The notes under the pieces are model-generated. The model was not told the DNA's origin and ran no database searches. It saw only the letters and a program-made list of their open reading frames with translations. Positions 1 to 8,804 of a stretch of 32,000 nucleotides of DNA are shown here, piece after piece. The translations under genes and the position numbers were made by a program. Location: assembly GCA_016869275.1 (NCBI GenBank), contig VGEO01000007.1:16347-48346 (forward strand). Direction: 5' to 3'. Positions within the stretch are counted from its first letter, which is position 1. The number at the start of each line of letters is the position of its first letter. This DNA comes from Alphaproteobacteria bacterium. GTDB taxonomy: Bacteria; Pseudomonadota; Alphaproteobacteria; SHVV01.

Positions 1-1895
1 CGCGCCGGCAGCTTGTGGCCATCGGCCGCCAGTTCCTCGAGGATGTCGGCGCCGGTGCCGTAGGCACCGGTCTTGCCCTTCTTACCGCCGGGTAGCTTCA
101 ACTCGTCGAACAGGACTTCGCCCAATTGTTTGGGCGAGCCGATGTTGAAGGCATGCTTGGCCAAACGGTGGATCTCGGTTTCGAGCTCGGCGGCGCGGCG
201 GGCGAAGTCGTGCGACAGGTCCTTGAGCGTTTCCGGATCCACCTGGATGCCGGCGGTTTCCATTGCCGCCAACACCGGAATGAGCGGCCTCTCGAGCGTC
301 TCGTAAACCGCGACCAGGCGTTCGACCACGAGCTTGGGCTTGAGCGCGTCATGGAGCCGAAGCATGCAGTCGGCACCCTCGGCCATGTAGGCGAGCGCGC
401 GATCGAGCGGCACTTGGGCCGGCCCGAGCTGTCCCTTGCCGGAGCCGATCACGTCCTTCCACGGCTTGACGGTGCGCTCGAGGTGGCGGGCGAAGAGTGC
501 CTCGCGCTCGCGACCGCCGAGACCGCTTTCGAGCACGTGCGCGATCAGGCCGACATCGTCGACCGGGCTCAGCTCGAGGCCGGCACGGCCGAGCAACACC
601 GCGTCCTCCTTGATGTCGCGGCCGATCTTGAGCACGCCCACGTCGGCGCACAGCGGCTTCAAGAGCGCCAGCGCCCGGTCGCGTGCGATCAGCCCCGGCG
701 CCGCCGACCGCGCGTCGAGCGCGAGCGCCCCGGCACCGGCATGGACCAACGGGATGTAGCAGGCTTCGCCCGGTCGGACCGCGAGCGCCACGCCGACGAG
801 CTCGGACCGCATTGCCGGCTCGGGCGTGCGCAAGACGCTCAGCGCAACGCGGCCCTCGTGGCGGGCGCGCGCGACCCAAGCCGTGAGCGCGTCGGGCTCG
901 GTCACGAGTTCGTAGGCCTCGGCGGCCGGGCCTTTGGCGCGAGCCGGCGCACGCGCCGCGGGCGCCGGCGCGACGCCGGTTCCTGCGCCCAATTTGCCCT
1001 TCAGCCGGTCGACCAACTTGGTGAACTCGAGTTCGGTCAGAAACGCGAACAACTGGTCGGGCTTGGGCGGCCGGAACCCGAGCTCCTCGACCGCGGTCTC
1101 GACCGGCACATCGTCTTTGAGCCGCACCAGCTCGCGCGAGAGCTGGGCTTTCTCGGCGTTGGCGACCAGGGTCTCGCGCCGCTTCGGCTGCTTGATCTCG
1201 CCGGCGCGCGCGAGCAGCGCGTCGAGATCCCCGTATTCCCTGATGAGTTCGGCCGCGGTCTTGACGCCGATCCCGGGAACGCCCGGCACGTTGTCGACCG
1301 AGTCGCCGGTCAGGGCCTGAACGTCGACCACCTTGTCGGGACCGACGCCGAAGCGTTCGACCACTTCGGCTTCGCCGATGCGGCGCGCCTTCATCGGATC
1401 GAACATGGCGACGCCCGGGCGCACCAACTGCATCAGGTCCTTGTCGCCCGAGACGATCGTCACCTCGATCCCGGCGTCGCGCGCGAGCCGGGCATAGGTC
1501 GCAATCAGGTCGTCGGCTTCGTAGCCTTCCTGCTCGATGCAAGGCAGATCGAACGCCCGGGTCGCCTCGCGAATGAGCCCGAACTGCGGGATCAAGTCGT
1601 CGGGCGGCGGCGGCCGGTGCGCCTTGTAGTCCTTATAGATGTCGGTGCGGAAGTTCTTGCGCGCGGCATCGAAGATGACGGCAATCCCGCCGGCGCCGCC
1701 CTCGGCCGCGACGTCGTCGATCAGCTTGGCCAGCATCGAGCAGAAGCCGTAGACCGCACCGGTCGGGGTGCCGTCCTTCTTGGTGAGCGGCGGCAATCCG
1801 TGGTAGGCGCGGAAAATGTAGCCGGACCCGTCGACCAGATAGAGACGGCCGCGCGGCGGGTGGGCGGAGCGCGCCGAGGCGCGGACTTCGGGCAT
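1..1895 (-). CDS. polA: DNA polymerase I, N-terminal ~630 aa (5'-3' exonuclease, 3'-5' exonuclease, start of polymerase domain); 3' end runs off the window
   Basis: Absent from the ORF track because it is open to the window edge. Hand translation from ATG (CAT at 1893-1895) gives MPEVRASARSAHPPRGRLYLVDGSGYIFRAYHGLPPLTKKDGTPTGAVYGFCSMLAKLIDD...IVSGDKDLMQLV...GDSVDNVPGVPGIGVKTAAELI, the canonical Pol I 5'-nuclease motifs. The frame stays open to position 1. Confidence 0.9.
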   Translation of the reverse strand, partial: MPEVRASARSAHPPRGRLYLVDGSGYIFRAYHGLPPLTKKDGTPTGAVYGFCSMLAKLIDDVAAEGGAGGIAVIFDAARKNFRTDIYKDYKAHRPPPPDDLIPQFGLIREATRAFDLPCIEQEGYEADDLIATYARLARDAGIEVTIVSGDKDLMQLVRPGVAMFDPMKARRIGEAEVVERFGVGPDKVVDVQALTGDSVDNVPGVPGIGVKTAAELIREYGDLDALLARAGEIKQPKRRETLVANAEKAQLSRELVRLKDDVPVETAVEELGFRPPKPDQLFAFLTELEFTKLVDRLKGKLGAGTGVAPAPAARAPARAKGPAAEAYELVTEPDALTAWVARARHEGRVALSVLRTPEPAMRSELVGVALAVRPGEACYIPLVHAGAGALALDARSAAPGLIARDRALALLKPLCADVGVLKIGRDIKEDAVLLGRAGLELSPVDDVGLIAHVLESGLGGREREALFARHLERTVKPWKDVIGSGKGQLGPAQVPLDRALAYMAEGADCMLRLHDALKPKLVVERLVAVYETLERPLIPVLAAMETAGIQVDPETLKDLSHDFARRAAELETEIHRLAKHAFNIGSPKQLGEVLFDELKLPGGKKGKTGAYGTGADILEELAADGHKLPA

Positions 1896-1949
1896 GGCGG
1901 GCCCGACTATGCCACACGCAAATCGGGCGTGGAAACGCGGCGCGCCCGG

Positions 1950-2135
1950 TCAGTGCGACCCCGGTTTGACCCCTTCCTTGAGGACGTAGCGACGGCCGCA
2001 ATAGGGGCAATCGACGCACCCGTCGGCGCCGAGGTTCAGATAGACGAGCGGATGGCCGAGGGCGCCGCCGCCGCCATCGCAGCCGACGACCGCCGCTTCG
2101 ACCGTGATCGTCTCCGGCGGTTCCATCATTGCCAT
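1950..2135 (-). CDS. zinc-finger (zf-CHCC type) domain-containing small protein
   Basis: Last 61 aa of ORF 1950..2252: MAMMEPPETITVEAAVVGCDGGGGALGHPLVYLNLGADGCVDCPYCGRRYVLKEG. HP-x-VYL...CPYCG is typical of the zf-CHCC family. AGGGA lies 4 nt upstream of the ATG at 2135. The longer N-terminus looks non-coding. Confidence 0.75.
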   Translation of the reverse strand: MAMMEPPETITVEAAVVGCDGGGGALGHPLVYLNLGADGCVDCPYCGRRYVLKEGVKPGSH

Positions 2136-2262
2136 CGTCCCTTGCCCTGCTTTGGCGGCCGGTTTGCGCCCGGCCGATTGACCCTCGGATGGCGCGAATG
2201 ATACCCATTGCTGGCATTTGTTCAATCGGCGCTGCCCGCAGGGACGCTCCATAGTTCATCCG

Positions 2263-3228
2263 ATGGCCGCCGTGCCGCCGCCGCTCGATCCCGCCATCGC
2301 CGTCGCGCTCCGCGACCTCACCAAGGTCTACCGCTCCGGCCGCCAGGGGGCGAAAACGGCGCTCGACGCGGTGAGCCTCGCGGTGCCGCGCGGTTCGTTC
2401 TTCGGACTCCTGGGCCCTAACGGCGCCGGCAAGTCGACCTTGATCAACATCCTGGCCGGCCTCGCCACCAAGACCGCCGGCCAGGCAGTGGTGTGGGGCT
2501 ACGACATCGACAGCGATCCGCGCCAGGCGCGGGCCGCGATCGGGGTGGTGCCGCAGGAGCTGATGATCGACCCGTTCTTCACGCCGCGCGAGGCACTCGA
2601 AATCCACGCCGGCTATTTCGGCGTGCCCGCAGCCGAGCGGCGCACCGACGAGATCTTCGCCGCGGTCGGTTTGACCGAGGTCGCCGACGCCTATGCGCGC
2701 CAGCTCTCGGGCGGCATGCGCCGGCGGCTGATGGTCGCCAAGGCGCTGGTCCACGCGCCGCCGATCCTCGTGCTCGACGAGCCGACCGCCGGAGTCGATG
2801 TCGAACTGCGCCACCAGCTTTGGACCTACGTGCGCGCGCTCAACGCCGGCGGCACTACCGTCCTGCTCACCACCCACTATCTCGAAGAAGCCGAGCAGCT
2901 TTGCGACCGCATCGCCATCATCGATCGCGGCCGGGTGGTCGCCTGCGATACGACCGCGGCGCTGGTGAAACGGCTGGATCACAAGACCCTCACCATCACG
3001 GCGGGCGAAGACATCGCCGCCGTGCCGCCGGCGCTCGCCCGCTTCGAGGTCGAGATCAAGCCGTTCCGGCGCGTGATCGTCCGCTACCGCCCGAGCCAGA
3101 CCCCGATCGGCGCGATACTGGCTGCAGTCCAAGCAGCCGGCATCTCGATCCACGACCTCACCACCGAGGAAGCCGATCTCGAAGACATTTTCATCGAACT
3201 CACGCGCAAGGACGGGCGCGCGGCGTAG
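2263..3228 (+). CDS. ABC transporter ATP-binding protein (ABC-2/DrrA-like, with C-terminal extension)
   Basis: Walker A GPNGAGKST, signature LSGGMRRRLMVAKAL, Walker B LVLDEPTAGVD. Start trimmed to MAAVPPP (ATG 2263) within ORF 2218..3228. No permease gene follows. Confidence 0.85.
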   Translation: MAAVPPPLDPAIAVALRDLTKVYRSGRQGAKTALDAVSLAVPRGSFFGLLGPNGAGKSTLINILAGLATKTAGQAVVWGYDIDSDPRQARAAIGVVPQELMIDPFFTPREALEIHAGYFGVPAAERRTDEIFAAVGLTEVADAYARQLSGGMRRRLMVAKALVHAPPILVLDEPTAGVDVELRHQLWTYVRALNAGGTTVLLTTHYLEEAEQLCDRIAIIDRGRVVACDTTAALVKRLDHKTLTITAGEDIAAVPPALARFEVEIKPFRRVIVRYRPSQTPIGAILAAVQAAGISIHDLTTEEADLEDIFIELTRKDGRAA

Positions 3229-3290
3229 CGCGAGCCGGCCACGGCAGAGCGCTGGCGGAGCGGTAGCGCTTTCAGTAGAGTGGCGCCGTT

Positions 3291-3367
3291 GCGCCCGTAG
3301 CTCAGCTGGATAGAGCGCTGGCCTCCGAAGCCAGAGGTCGTGAGTTCGAATCTCGCCGGGCGCACCA
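3291..3367 (+). tRNA. tRNA-Arg (anticodon CCG), CCA encoded
   Basis: Hand-folded cloverleaf. Acceptor GCGCCCG/CGGGCGC, D stem GCTC/GAGC, anticodon stem CTGGC/GCCAG with loop CT-CCG-AA, T stem GTGAG/CTCGC with TTCGAAT loop, then discriminator A plus CCA. Confidence 0.93.
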
Positions 3368-3401
3368 TTGCCGCGACTACTACGACCCGCCCGTTTCGCC
3401 C

Positions 3402-3998
3402 ATGACCGCTTCCCGCCCCGCCGCCGCTTCCGCCGGCGCCGACGATCGCAGACGCCGGCTTCGCGACATCGTCGCGCGCAAGTCGCTCTCGATCGGGCCC
3501 GAGGTCACGCTCGCGTCCGGCGCCAAGAGCCGGTTCTACTTCAACATGAAGCCGACCATGTTCGATCCGGAAGGCGCAGCCCTGATAGCCGATCTGATCC
3601 TGGACGCGATCGCGGACGATCCGCCCTACGACTATGTCGGCGGCATGGAAATCGGTGCCGTTCCGGTCGCGGCCTGCGTCGCAATGCGAAGCGGCCAACG
3701 CGGTCGGCCGATCCCGGCGTTTTTCGTCCGCAAGCAGGCCAAGGACCACGGCGCCAAAAAACTGATCGAAGGTGACATCGGCGCCGGCATGAAGGTGCTC
3801 GTCCTCGAGGATGTGACCACGACCGGCGGCTCGGCGCTCAAGGCGATTGCGGCGCTGCGCGACGCCGGGGCCACCGTTACCAGGGTGATTACCCTGGTCG
3901 ATCGGCTCGAAGGGGCAGCCAAGACTATGAAAGCGCAGGGTCTCGATCTCGTCGCTTTGCTGACGGCCGACGATTTCAACTTGGAGGGAAACCGCTGA
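3402..3998 (+). CDS. pyrE: orotate phosphoribosyltransferase
   Basis: 198 aa. PRPP-binding motif VLVLEDVTTTGGS, and SGAKSRFYFNMK typical of PyrE/type I PRTases. Confidence 0.85.
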   Translation: MTASRPAAASAGADDRRRRLRDIVARKSLSIGPEVTLASGAKSRFYFNMKPTMFDPEGAALIADLILDAIADDPPYDYVGGMEIGAVPVAACVAMRSGQRGRPIPAFFVRKQAKDHGAKKLIEGDIGAGMKVLVLEDVTTTGGSALKAIAALRDAGATVTRVITLVDRLEGAAKTMKAQGLDLVALLTADDFNLEGNR

Positions 3999-4209
3999 CA
4001 CGAACGGGGTAATGATCGCGTCAAAGTTGCGAATCGTGTTTACGGGATGGAGGCCCCAATAGCACGCTGGAGTCGGCCTATAATCCCGTACGAATCACCA
4101 TCACTCCGAAGCGTGAGTTGTGGATAACTCAAAGTTTCCCAATAAATGCTCCACCTAGGACTATCGCTGATAGCCCGGATTATCCTGATGAATAGGTCGG
4201 GTTAGGTTC

Positions 4210-5016
4210 ATGGGGCGATCTTCCAGATTTTCTTTTCTTGGAATCTGTGCGCTTGGCGGTTTGGGGTTTCTCACCGGCTGCAGCACGGATTTCACTGCCG
4301 CGGATACCGCATATTTTCAGCCGCCCATCACCGCCACCAGCGCGCCTACTCGGCCGCTGCGAGAAAGCTGGTCGCTGCACAACAATACGCGCCGGGTGGG
4401 ACTTTCTGAAATGCGCCCGATGATTCCTGCCTTTAACGGCCAGGGTGCCTTGCTGGCATCCTGGAATCCATATTCAGGTGGCGCTTCTGGTCGCCCAAGC
4501 TTCATCGTCATTCATGGTGGCCATGGGTTGGTTCCCACCAATTTCGCTACCGCGCTTTGGCTGCGCGATACATTTGGCGCAAATGTTTTATTGCTGGACA
4601 GCTACTGGAGCCGTGGCCGGGAAGAAAATTGGGCCACAGGCACACGTTATGGCGTGAATATGCGTGTTCTGGATGTAATCGCCGCAGGGCGTTGGCTACG
4701 CGATAGTGCTGGCGCCGATCCTCAGCAAAGCTTTCTTGTTGGCGACAGCCAAGGCGGCTGGACCGTACTCCGCAGCTTCACCACCGAGGCGTTTTTTCAG
4801 CGCGAATTATCTGGCCTGTTGCGGGCCGGTGTCGCGCTTTATCCGAATTGCCGCGCCGATGGCACGGCGCATTACCCGCGCCTTGGCCCTTATGCCGGGC
4901 CAGTGCTCATTTTTACCGGCGGGCGGGATTCCGCGACCCCCATCACCCAATGCGCCCCTGCAACCCTGACCGCAGCCACTGATTGGATACATTTTCCAGA
5001 CGCGACCCATGGCTGA
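4210..5016 (+). CDS. lipoprotein alpha/beta hydrolase (dienelactone-hydrolase-like); probably interrupted, with the frame continuing to 5175 past an in-frame TGA
   Basis: Signal peptide with lipobox FLTGC. Nucleophile elbow GDSQGG, acid FTGGRDSATP, His FPDATHG. Sampled GC is lower than in the flanking genes. See the finding on the TGA at 5014-5016. Confidence 0.65.
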   Translation: MGRSSRFSFLGICALGGLGFLTGCSTDFTAADTAYFQPPITATSAPTRPLRESWSLHNNTRRVGLSEMRPMIPAFNGQGALLASWNPYSGGASGRPSFIVIHGGHGLVPTNFATALWLRDTFGANVLLLDSYWSRGREENWATGTRYGVNMRVLDVIAAGRWLRDSAGADPQQSFLVGDSQGGWTVLRSFTTEAFFQRELSGLLRAGVALYPNCRADGTAHYPRLGPYAGPVLIFTGGRDSATPITQCAPATLTAATDWIHFPDATHG

Positions 5017-5176
5017 GACGTTGCCAATCGCGCCGCCAATACTCCGGCGGTGGATGGCGAATGCAGCCAAGCCATGAATGTCTATAATCGTTTTCCTATC
5101 TGCCGCAGCGATGCCACCACAGCTACAATGCGTGCGCGCATCAAGAGCTTCGTGCAGGGGCTAAGTGCTCGTTAGC

Positions 5177-5209
5177 GCATGTCCGCTTCGCATCCGCTCT
5201 CGGACATGC
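5177..5209 (+). terminator. terminator-like hairpin after the extended hydrolase frame
   Basis: Perfect 9-bp inverted repeat GCATGTCCG (5177-5185) / CGGACATGC (5201-5209) with a 15-nt loop, beginning 2 nt after TAG 5173-5175. Only a weak, displaced T-rich tract (tctttgtt) follows. Confidence 0.35.
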
Positions 5210-5385
5210 ACTACATCTTTGTTCGGTGGCATTTTCCGGACAACAGGCGACTCTGTTCAGCTTGAAGATGCTCCGATTCCATCAGCACGTTTTAATGCCG
5301 TCCGACAAATCAAGCAGGGTTGCTCGCCTCCGATTTCGGCGGCATGGTCATCAAGCATCCATTTGGACAAAGGAAATACCGAGAG

Positions 5386-6381
5386 ATGAACGGGACAGGA
5401 CAGCAGCAGATCGTAAACATCGTAGGGCTGTTGTTACTTGCGGGCTGCGCGCAGCAGGTTGAGCCTGACCCGGTAGGCGTAGCGAGAACGGCTGCTGAGG
5501 AAGGCGCGCGCATCGTCGAGATCGGTTCAGGCATGCATAGCGTGAATGGCCGGTTAGCTGGCTTTGATCCGGCCAATACGTCGGTGATCTTTGCTCTACC
5601 CCCAGGACCACCTGGCCCTCTGGTTCTACTCATCCATGGTGCCGGTGGTATGGGCGACAACGCGAATGTCATCGCGGCAATCCGGGCTGCGGGAATTGGT
5701 GTCCTCGCCTTCGACGCCTATCGCATGAATAGTCTCGAGCGCCCGTCGGCGTTCTGGGTCCGCAATGTCACTTACGAGGCGCGACAACGGATGATTTTTA
5801 CTACCGCACGCGCCGCCTATCTCTGGGTTATAAATCAGCCTGGTATCGATGCGCGGCGCATCCATCTCTACGGCGTCTCGAATGGCGCTGATGTAGCGCT
5901 CAATATGGCCGCGATCGTCGAGCCGGCGCACGTGCGAACTGTCTTCGCCGAGGCGCCCGCCGGTGCCGGGCTCGGCTTGCCTGATCGACTCGCGGTGCCA
6001 GTACGCGTGATATTTGGGCTGTTGGACAACTACGCAGGGCAGCACGTCGAGGATTGGCGCTGGAAACGCACTGTACCCTGTCGCCTGAACATCCTATGGC
6101 CTGATACGCCGCCCGGCAACGCCGCAACCTGCAACCGGGAACGCGGGTCGAGCGGGCGTACTCAGAGCCCAGGCGACTGGGCGGAAGAGCAGCGCACCCG
6201 TGGCGCCGATATCGAGACCTGGTTCTACGAGGGTGGCGCGCATGGCATGTTTCTCGGCCCCCTGCGCCGGCAGACAATGGACTGGGCGACGGGCACGATG
6301 CATGCCTCTATCGGCGCGGAAGAGGCTACGCGTCGCCAATTGTTAGCCGATATCCTAACGCGCATCGCGGCGCCCCATTAG
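5386..6381 (+). CDS. lipoprotein alpha/beta hydrolase (dienelactone-hydrolase-like), paralog of 4210..5016
   Basis: Start trimmed to MNGTGQQQIVNIVGLLLLAGC (lipobox LAGC). LLIHGAGG, nucleophile GVSNGA, acid FGLLDNYAG, His YEGGAHGMF, followed by an intact C-terminal tail. Confidence 0.7.
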   Translation: MNGTGQQQIVNIVGLLLLAGCAQQVEPDPVGVARTAAEEGARIVEIGSGMHSVNGRLAGFDPANTSVIFALPPGPPGPLVLLIHGAGGMGDNANVIAAIRAAGIGVLAFDAYRMNSLERPSAFWVRNVTYEARQRMIFTTARAAYLWVINQPGIDARRIHLYGVSNGADVALNMAAIVEPAHVRTVFAEAPAGAGLGLPDRLAVPVRVIFGLLDNYAGQHVEDWRWKRTVPCRLNILWPDTPPGNAATCNRERGSSGRTQSPGDWAEEQRTRGADIETWFYEGGAHGMFLGPLRRQTMDWATGTMHASIGAEEATRRQLLADILTRIAAPH

Positions 6382-6536
6382 GGGCACCGGCCTTGGCGTC
6401 GGCCGCTACTCGTCGCCGGCGCGTTTCTCAATTGAACGGGTCGCGTCGATGGTCAATGCACCTTCTGCTTCCACGGCGAGAAAACGCTAATGGGATTTTA
6501 TTTAGTCCCGCGAACCGCGCGGTGCCAACTGTGTCT

Positions 6537-7640
6537 ATGACCACGATCGATCTCACCCCAGCAGAATTCGTCGCGATCATCAAGCGGGACGAAAAATTCG
6601 TCCGCGGCCTGACCGGGGGCAAGCGCGCCGATCTCAATTTCTCCAATCTCGCGAATCTGCGGCTGCCCGGCCTCAATCTGCAAGCGGCTTTGTTGACCGG
6701 CTTCAACTTCTCCAACACCTCGCTCACCGCCGCCGATCTGAGTTTCGCCGATCTCTTTTGCGCCAATCTGCGCGGCGCCAATTTGAGCGGGGCCGATTTA
6801 CGGCCGGGCGCGCTCGATCCCGAGAAATCGCGCGCGCGCTGCTGATTTGTCGGACGCCAATCTCGATCGCTCGAACCTGGCCAAGTCGAAGCTTTCGAAC
6901 GTCTATTTCGCCGGCGCATCGATGAAGAACGCGAGTCTGGCGCAGGCAGATCTGGTTTCGACCGACCTTTCCGGCGTCGATCTCGGCGGCGCCAACCTCG
7001 AAGGCGCCGTGCTCAAGGACGCCAATCTGTCGGGCGCCAACCTGCAGAACGCGATCCTCAAATTCACCGATCTGCACGGCAGCAATCTGAAGGGCGTAAG
7101 CCTCCAGAACGTCGACCTGTCCTCGGCCGACACCCGGGGCGCCCAGGTCGCGACCCGGCTCGAGGGCTTGGTGCGCGAGCTGCAGGAGATCATCCGCGAG
7201 CACGCGCTGTGGATTTCGACCGACGGCGTCTGCGGGCGGCGTGCCGACCTCTCGAAGCGCGATATGTCGAGCGTCGATCTGACCGGCTTGGTCTTGAGCG
7301 GCGCCGACTTGAGCGGCACCATCCTGAACGGCGCGTTCCTTCAGCGCTGCGCGATGCGCTCTCCGATCTTTCGAACGCGGTGATGACCGGGGCCGATCTT
7401 TCGCTTGCTGACCTGGGCGGCGCCAACATGCACGACGCCAATCTCGACGGCTGCAAGATGCGGCGCGCCAATCTGACCTCGATCGCGCTCAAGGACCGTT
7501 AGGGCAAGGTGACCGGCCGGATGTGGCCGTCGTCGCTGGCCGGCGCCAATCTCGCCGGCGCCGACCTGACCGACGCGACCTTGGCCGACGCCAATATCGA
7601 CGGCGCGATCCTTGCCGACGCCGTCCTGTCGAAGCGCTAG
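6537..7640 (+). pseudogene. pentapeptide-repeat protein gene disrupted by two frameshifts and one in-frame TAG
   Basis: The A(D/N)LxX periodicity continues across ORFs 6393..6845 (from MTTIDL at 6537), 6847..7383 and 7209..7502, and across the in-frame stretch 7503..7640 (GKVTGRMWPSSLAGANLAGADLTDATLADANIDGAILADAVLSKR*). Confidence 0.7.
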
Positions 7641-7662
7641 GACGGCCCGAGCGCCGACGCTC

Positions 7663-8772
7663 TCAGACCCCGTAGACCTTGGCGGTGTTGCCGCCCACGA
7701 CCTTGTCGCAGTCGGCCGGCGTCAGATTCTTGAACAGATCGGCCACGAACGCTTGCGCGTTGGTGCCGATCGAACGCACGTGCGGGAAATCCGAGCCCCA
7801 GCACACCTGGCTCGAGCCAATGTAGGGGATCGCCTGATCGCCGAACGGGTCGTCGATGATGCCGTGCCAGACCCGCGTCCGCATGTAGTCGGACGCCTTC
7901 ATCTTGAGGTGCGGCAGCGCGACGCGCGAGGCGAACGGGCCTTCGATCTGGTCGAGGCCCCACATGAAGGCCGGCACCCAGTTGACCTCGAACTCGCTGC
8001 ACACGAGCTTCAATTTCTCGTGGCGATCGAGGATGCCGCCGAAGATGAAGTCGTTGGCGAGCGGCGCTTTGACCTCGGAAAAGAGGTCGAACATCCAGCC
8101 GGGTGCGGCCTCGTTCTCTTCCTTGGTGTGGACGTGGGCGAAGTCGCGCACCTTACCGGTCACGATGTGGAGCGTGACGGGCATGTCGAGCGATTCGGCC
8201 GCCGACCACACGCGGGTGTAGCTGTCGTGGCGGTAGGCCGGACAGCCGTCGGGCGGCACGGTATTGATGACGACGCCGCGCAGACCTTTCTTGCGCATGC
8301 GCTCGATCTCGCCGGCGGCCCACTGCGGATCGTCCATGGTGACGGCGCCGACGCCGAGCAGGCGCTTGGGGTTGGCGGAACAGAACTCGGCCATCCAGTC
8401 GTTGAAAACCTGGCAGGCGGCGCGGCACATCTCGCGGTTTTCGGGGATATTGGCCGCGTGCATTACCATCGACAGCAACGTCGCGTAGATGACCTCGGCT
8501 TCGACCCCGGCCTGGTCGAGGAATTCGAGCCGCTTGACCGGGTCGTAGCCATAGGCCGGGTCGGTACCGCGGGCGCGCTGTTGCTCGTCGACCTGCCGTA
8601 TCTTGAGCACCTGGTCGCCCGAGAAGAAGAACGTTCCCTTCTTGCCGAGATACTCGCGCATCATGCGCGGCGCACGGTTGCCGAACCGCTTGTCGAGCCC
8701 CTTCTCGTAGATTTCCGGCGGCTCCATGACGTGGGAGTCGGCGGAAATGATGCGGGCTTTCTGGGCGGCCAT
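7663..8772 (-). CDS. amidohydrolase family protein (Amidohydro_2 / ACMSD-like TIM-barrel), paralog C
   Basis: Start trimmed to MAAQKARIISADSHVMEPPEIYE, with AGGAGA upstream of the ATG at 8772. C-terminal WGSDFPH motif. By eye, roughly half of the aligned residues match paralog A. Confidence 0.85.
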   Translation of the reverse strand: MAAQKARIISADSHVMEPPEIYEKGLDKRFGNRAPRMMREYLGKKGTFFFSGDQVLKIRQVDEQQRARGTDPAYGYDPVKRLEFLDQAGVEAEVIYATLLSMVMHAANIPENREMCRAACQVFNDWMAEFCSANPKRLLGVGAVTMDDPQWAAGEIERMRKKGLRGVVINTVPPDGCPAYRHDSYTRVWSAAESLDMPVTLHIVTGKVRDFAHVHTKEENEAAPGWMFDLFSEVKAPLANDFIFGGILDRHEKLKLVCSEFEVNWVPAFMWGLDQIEGPFASRVALPHLKMKASDYMRTRVWHGIIDDPFGDQAIPYIGSSQVCWGSDFPHVRSIGTNAQAFVADLFKNLTPADCDKVVGGNTAKVYGV

Positions 8773-8804
8773 GATTCTCTCCTCTGCAACCAGTTGCGTG
8801 GCGT

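Noticed and set aside
126-2201. Very long ORFs antisense to, or out of frame with, recognisable genes. Examples: 126..2201+, 349..1542-, 7612..8898+, 11055..12272+, 13990..15177+, 20435..21457-, 21953..23164-, 24283..25332-, 24621..25979+, 25552..26556-, 26789..28201+.
   Set aside because: These are typical high-GC shadow ORFs. Their translations are Arg/Ala/Gly/Pro/Asp-rich low-complexity strings with no recognisable motifs. Each is fully covered by a gene with clear family motifs on the other strand or in another frame.
2263-3367. Orphan ABC-2 type ATPase with no adjacent permease, followed directly by tRNA-Arg.
   Set aside because: Solo ABC ATPase genes are not rare, and the partner may be encoded elsewhere. 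Nothing in the sequence suggests truncation or rearrangement, so it is not strong enough to report as a finding.
5031-5052. Hairpin 14 nt downstream of the in-frame TGA at 5014-5016 (stem CGCCGCC / GGCGGTG with one G-T pair, loop AATACTCC), considered as a bacterial SECIS element for selenocysteine insertion.
   Set aside because: The loop lacks the features I associate with bacterial SECIS apical loops. The position is not a redox-active site (it follows the catalytic His of a hydrolase). No sel genes are in the window, and such GC stems are common here. A Trp->stop mutation is the simpler explanation.
3291-7650. Classic tRNA-targeted genomic island (tRNA-Arg as the att site for the low-GC insert).
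   Set aside because: pyrE, a core gene, lies between the tRNA and the insert. No integrase is present. I could not find a direct repeat of the tRNA 3' end near 6380-6540 or 7640-7660 by eye. The insert is reported only as a compositional anomaly.
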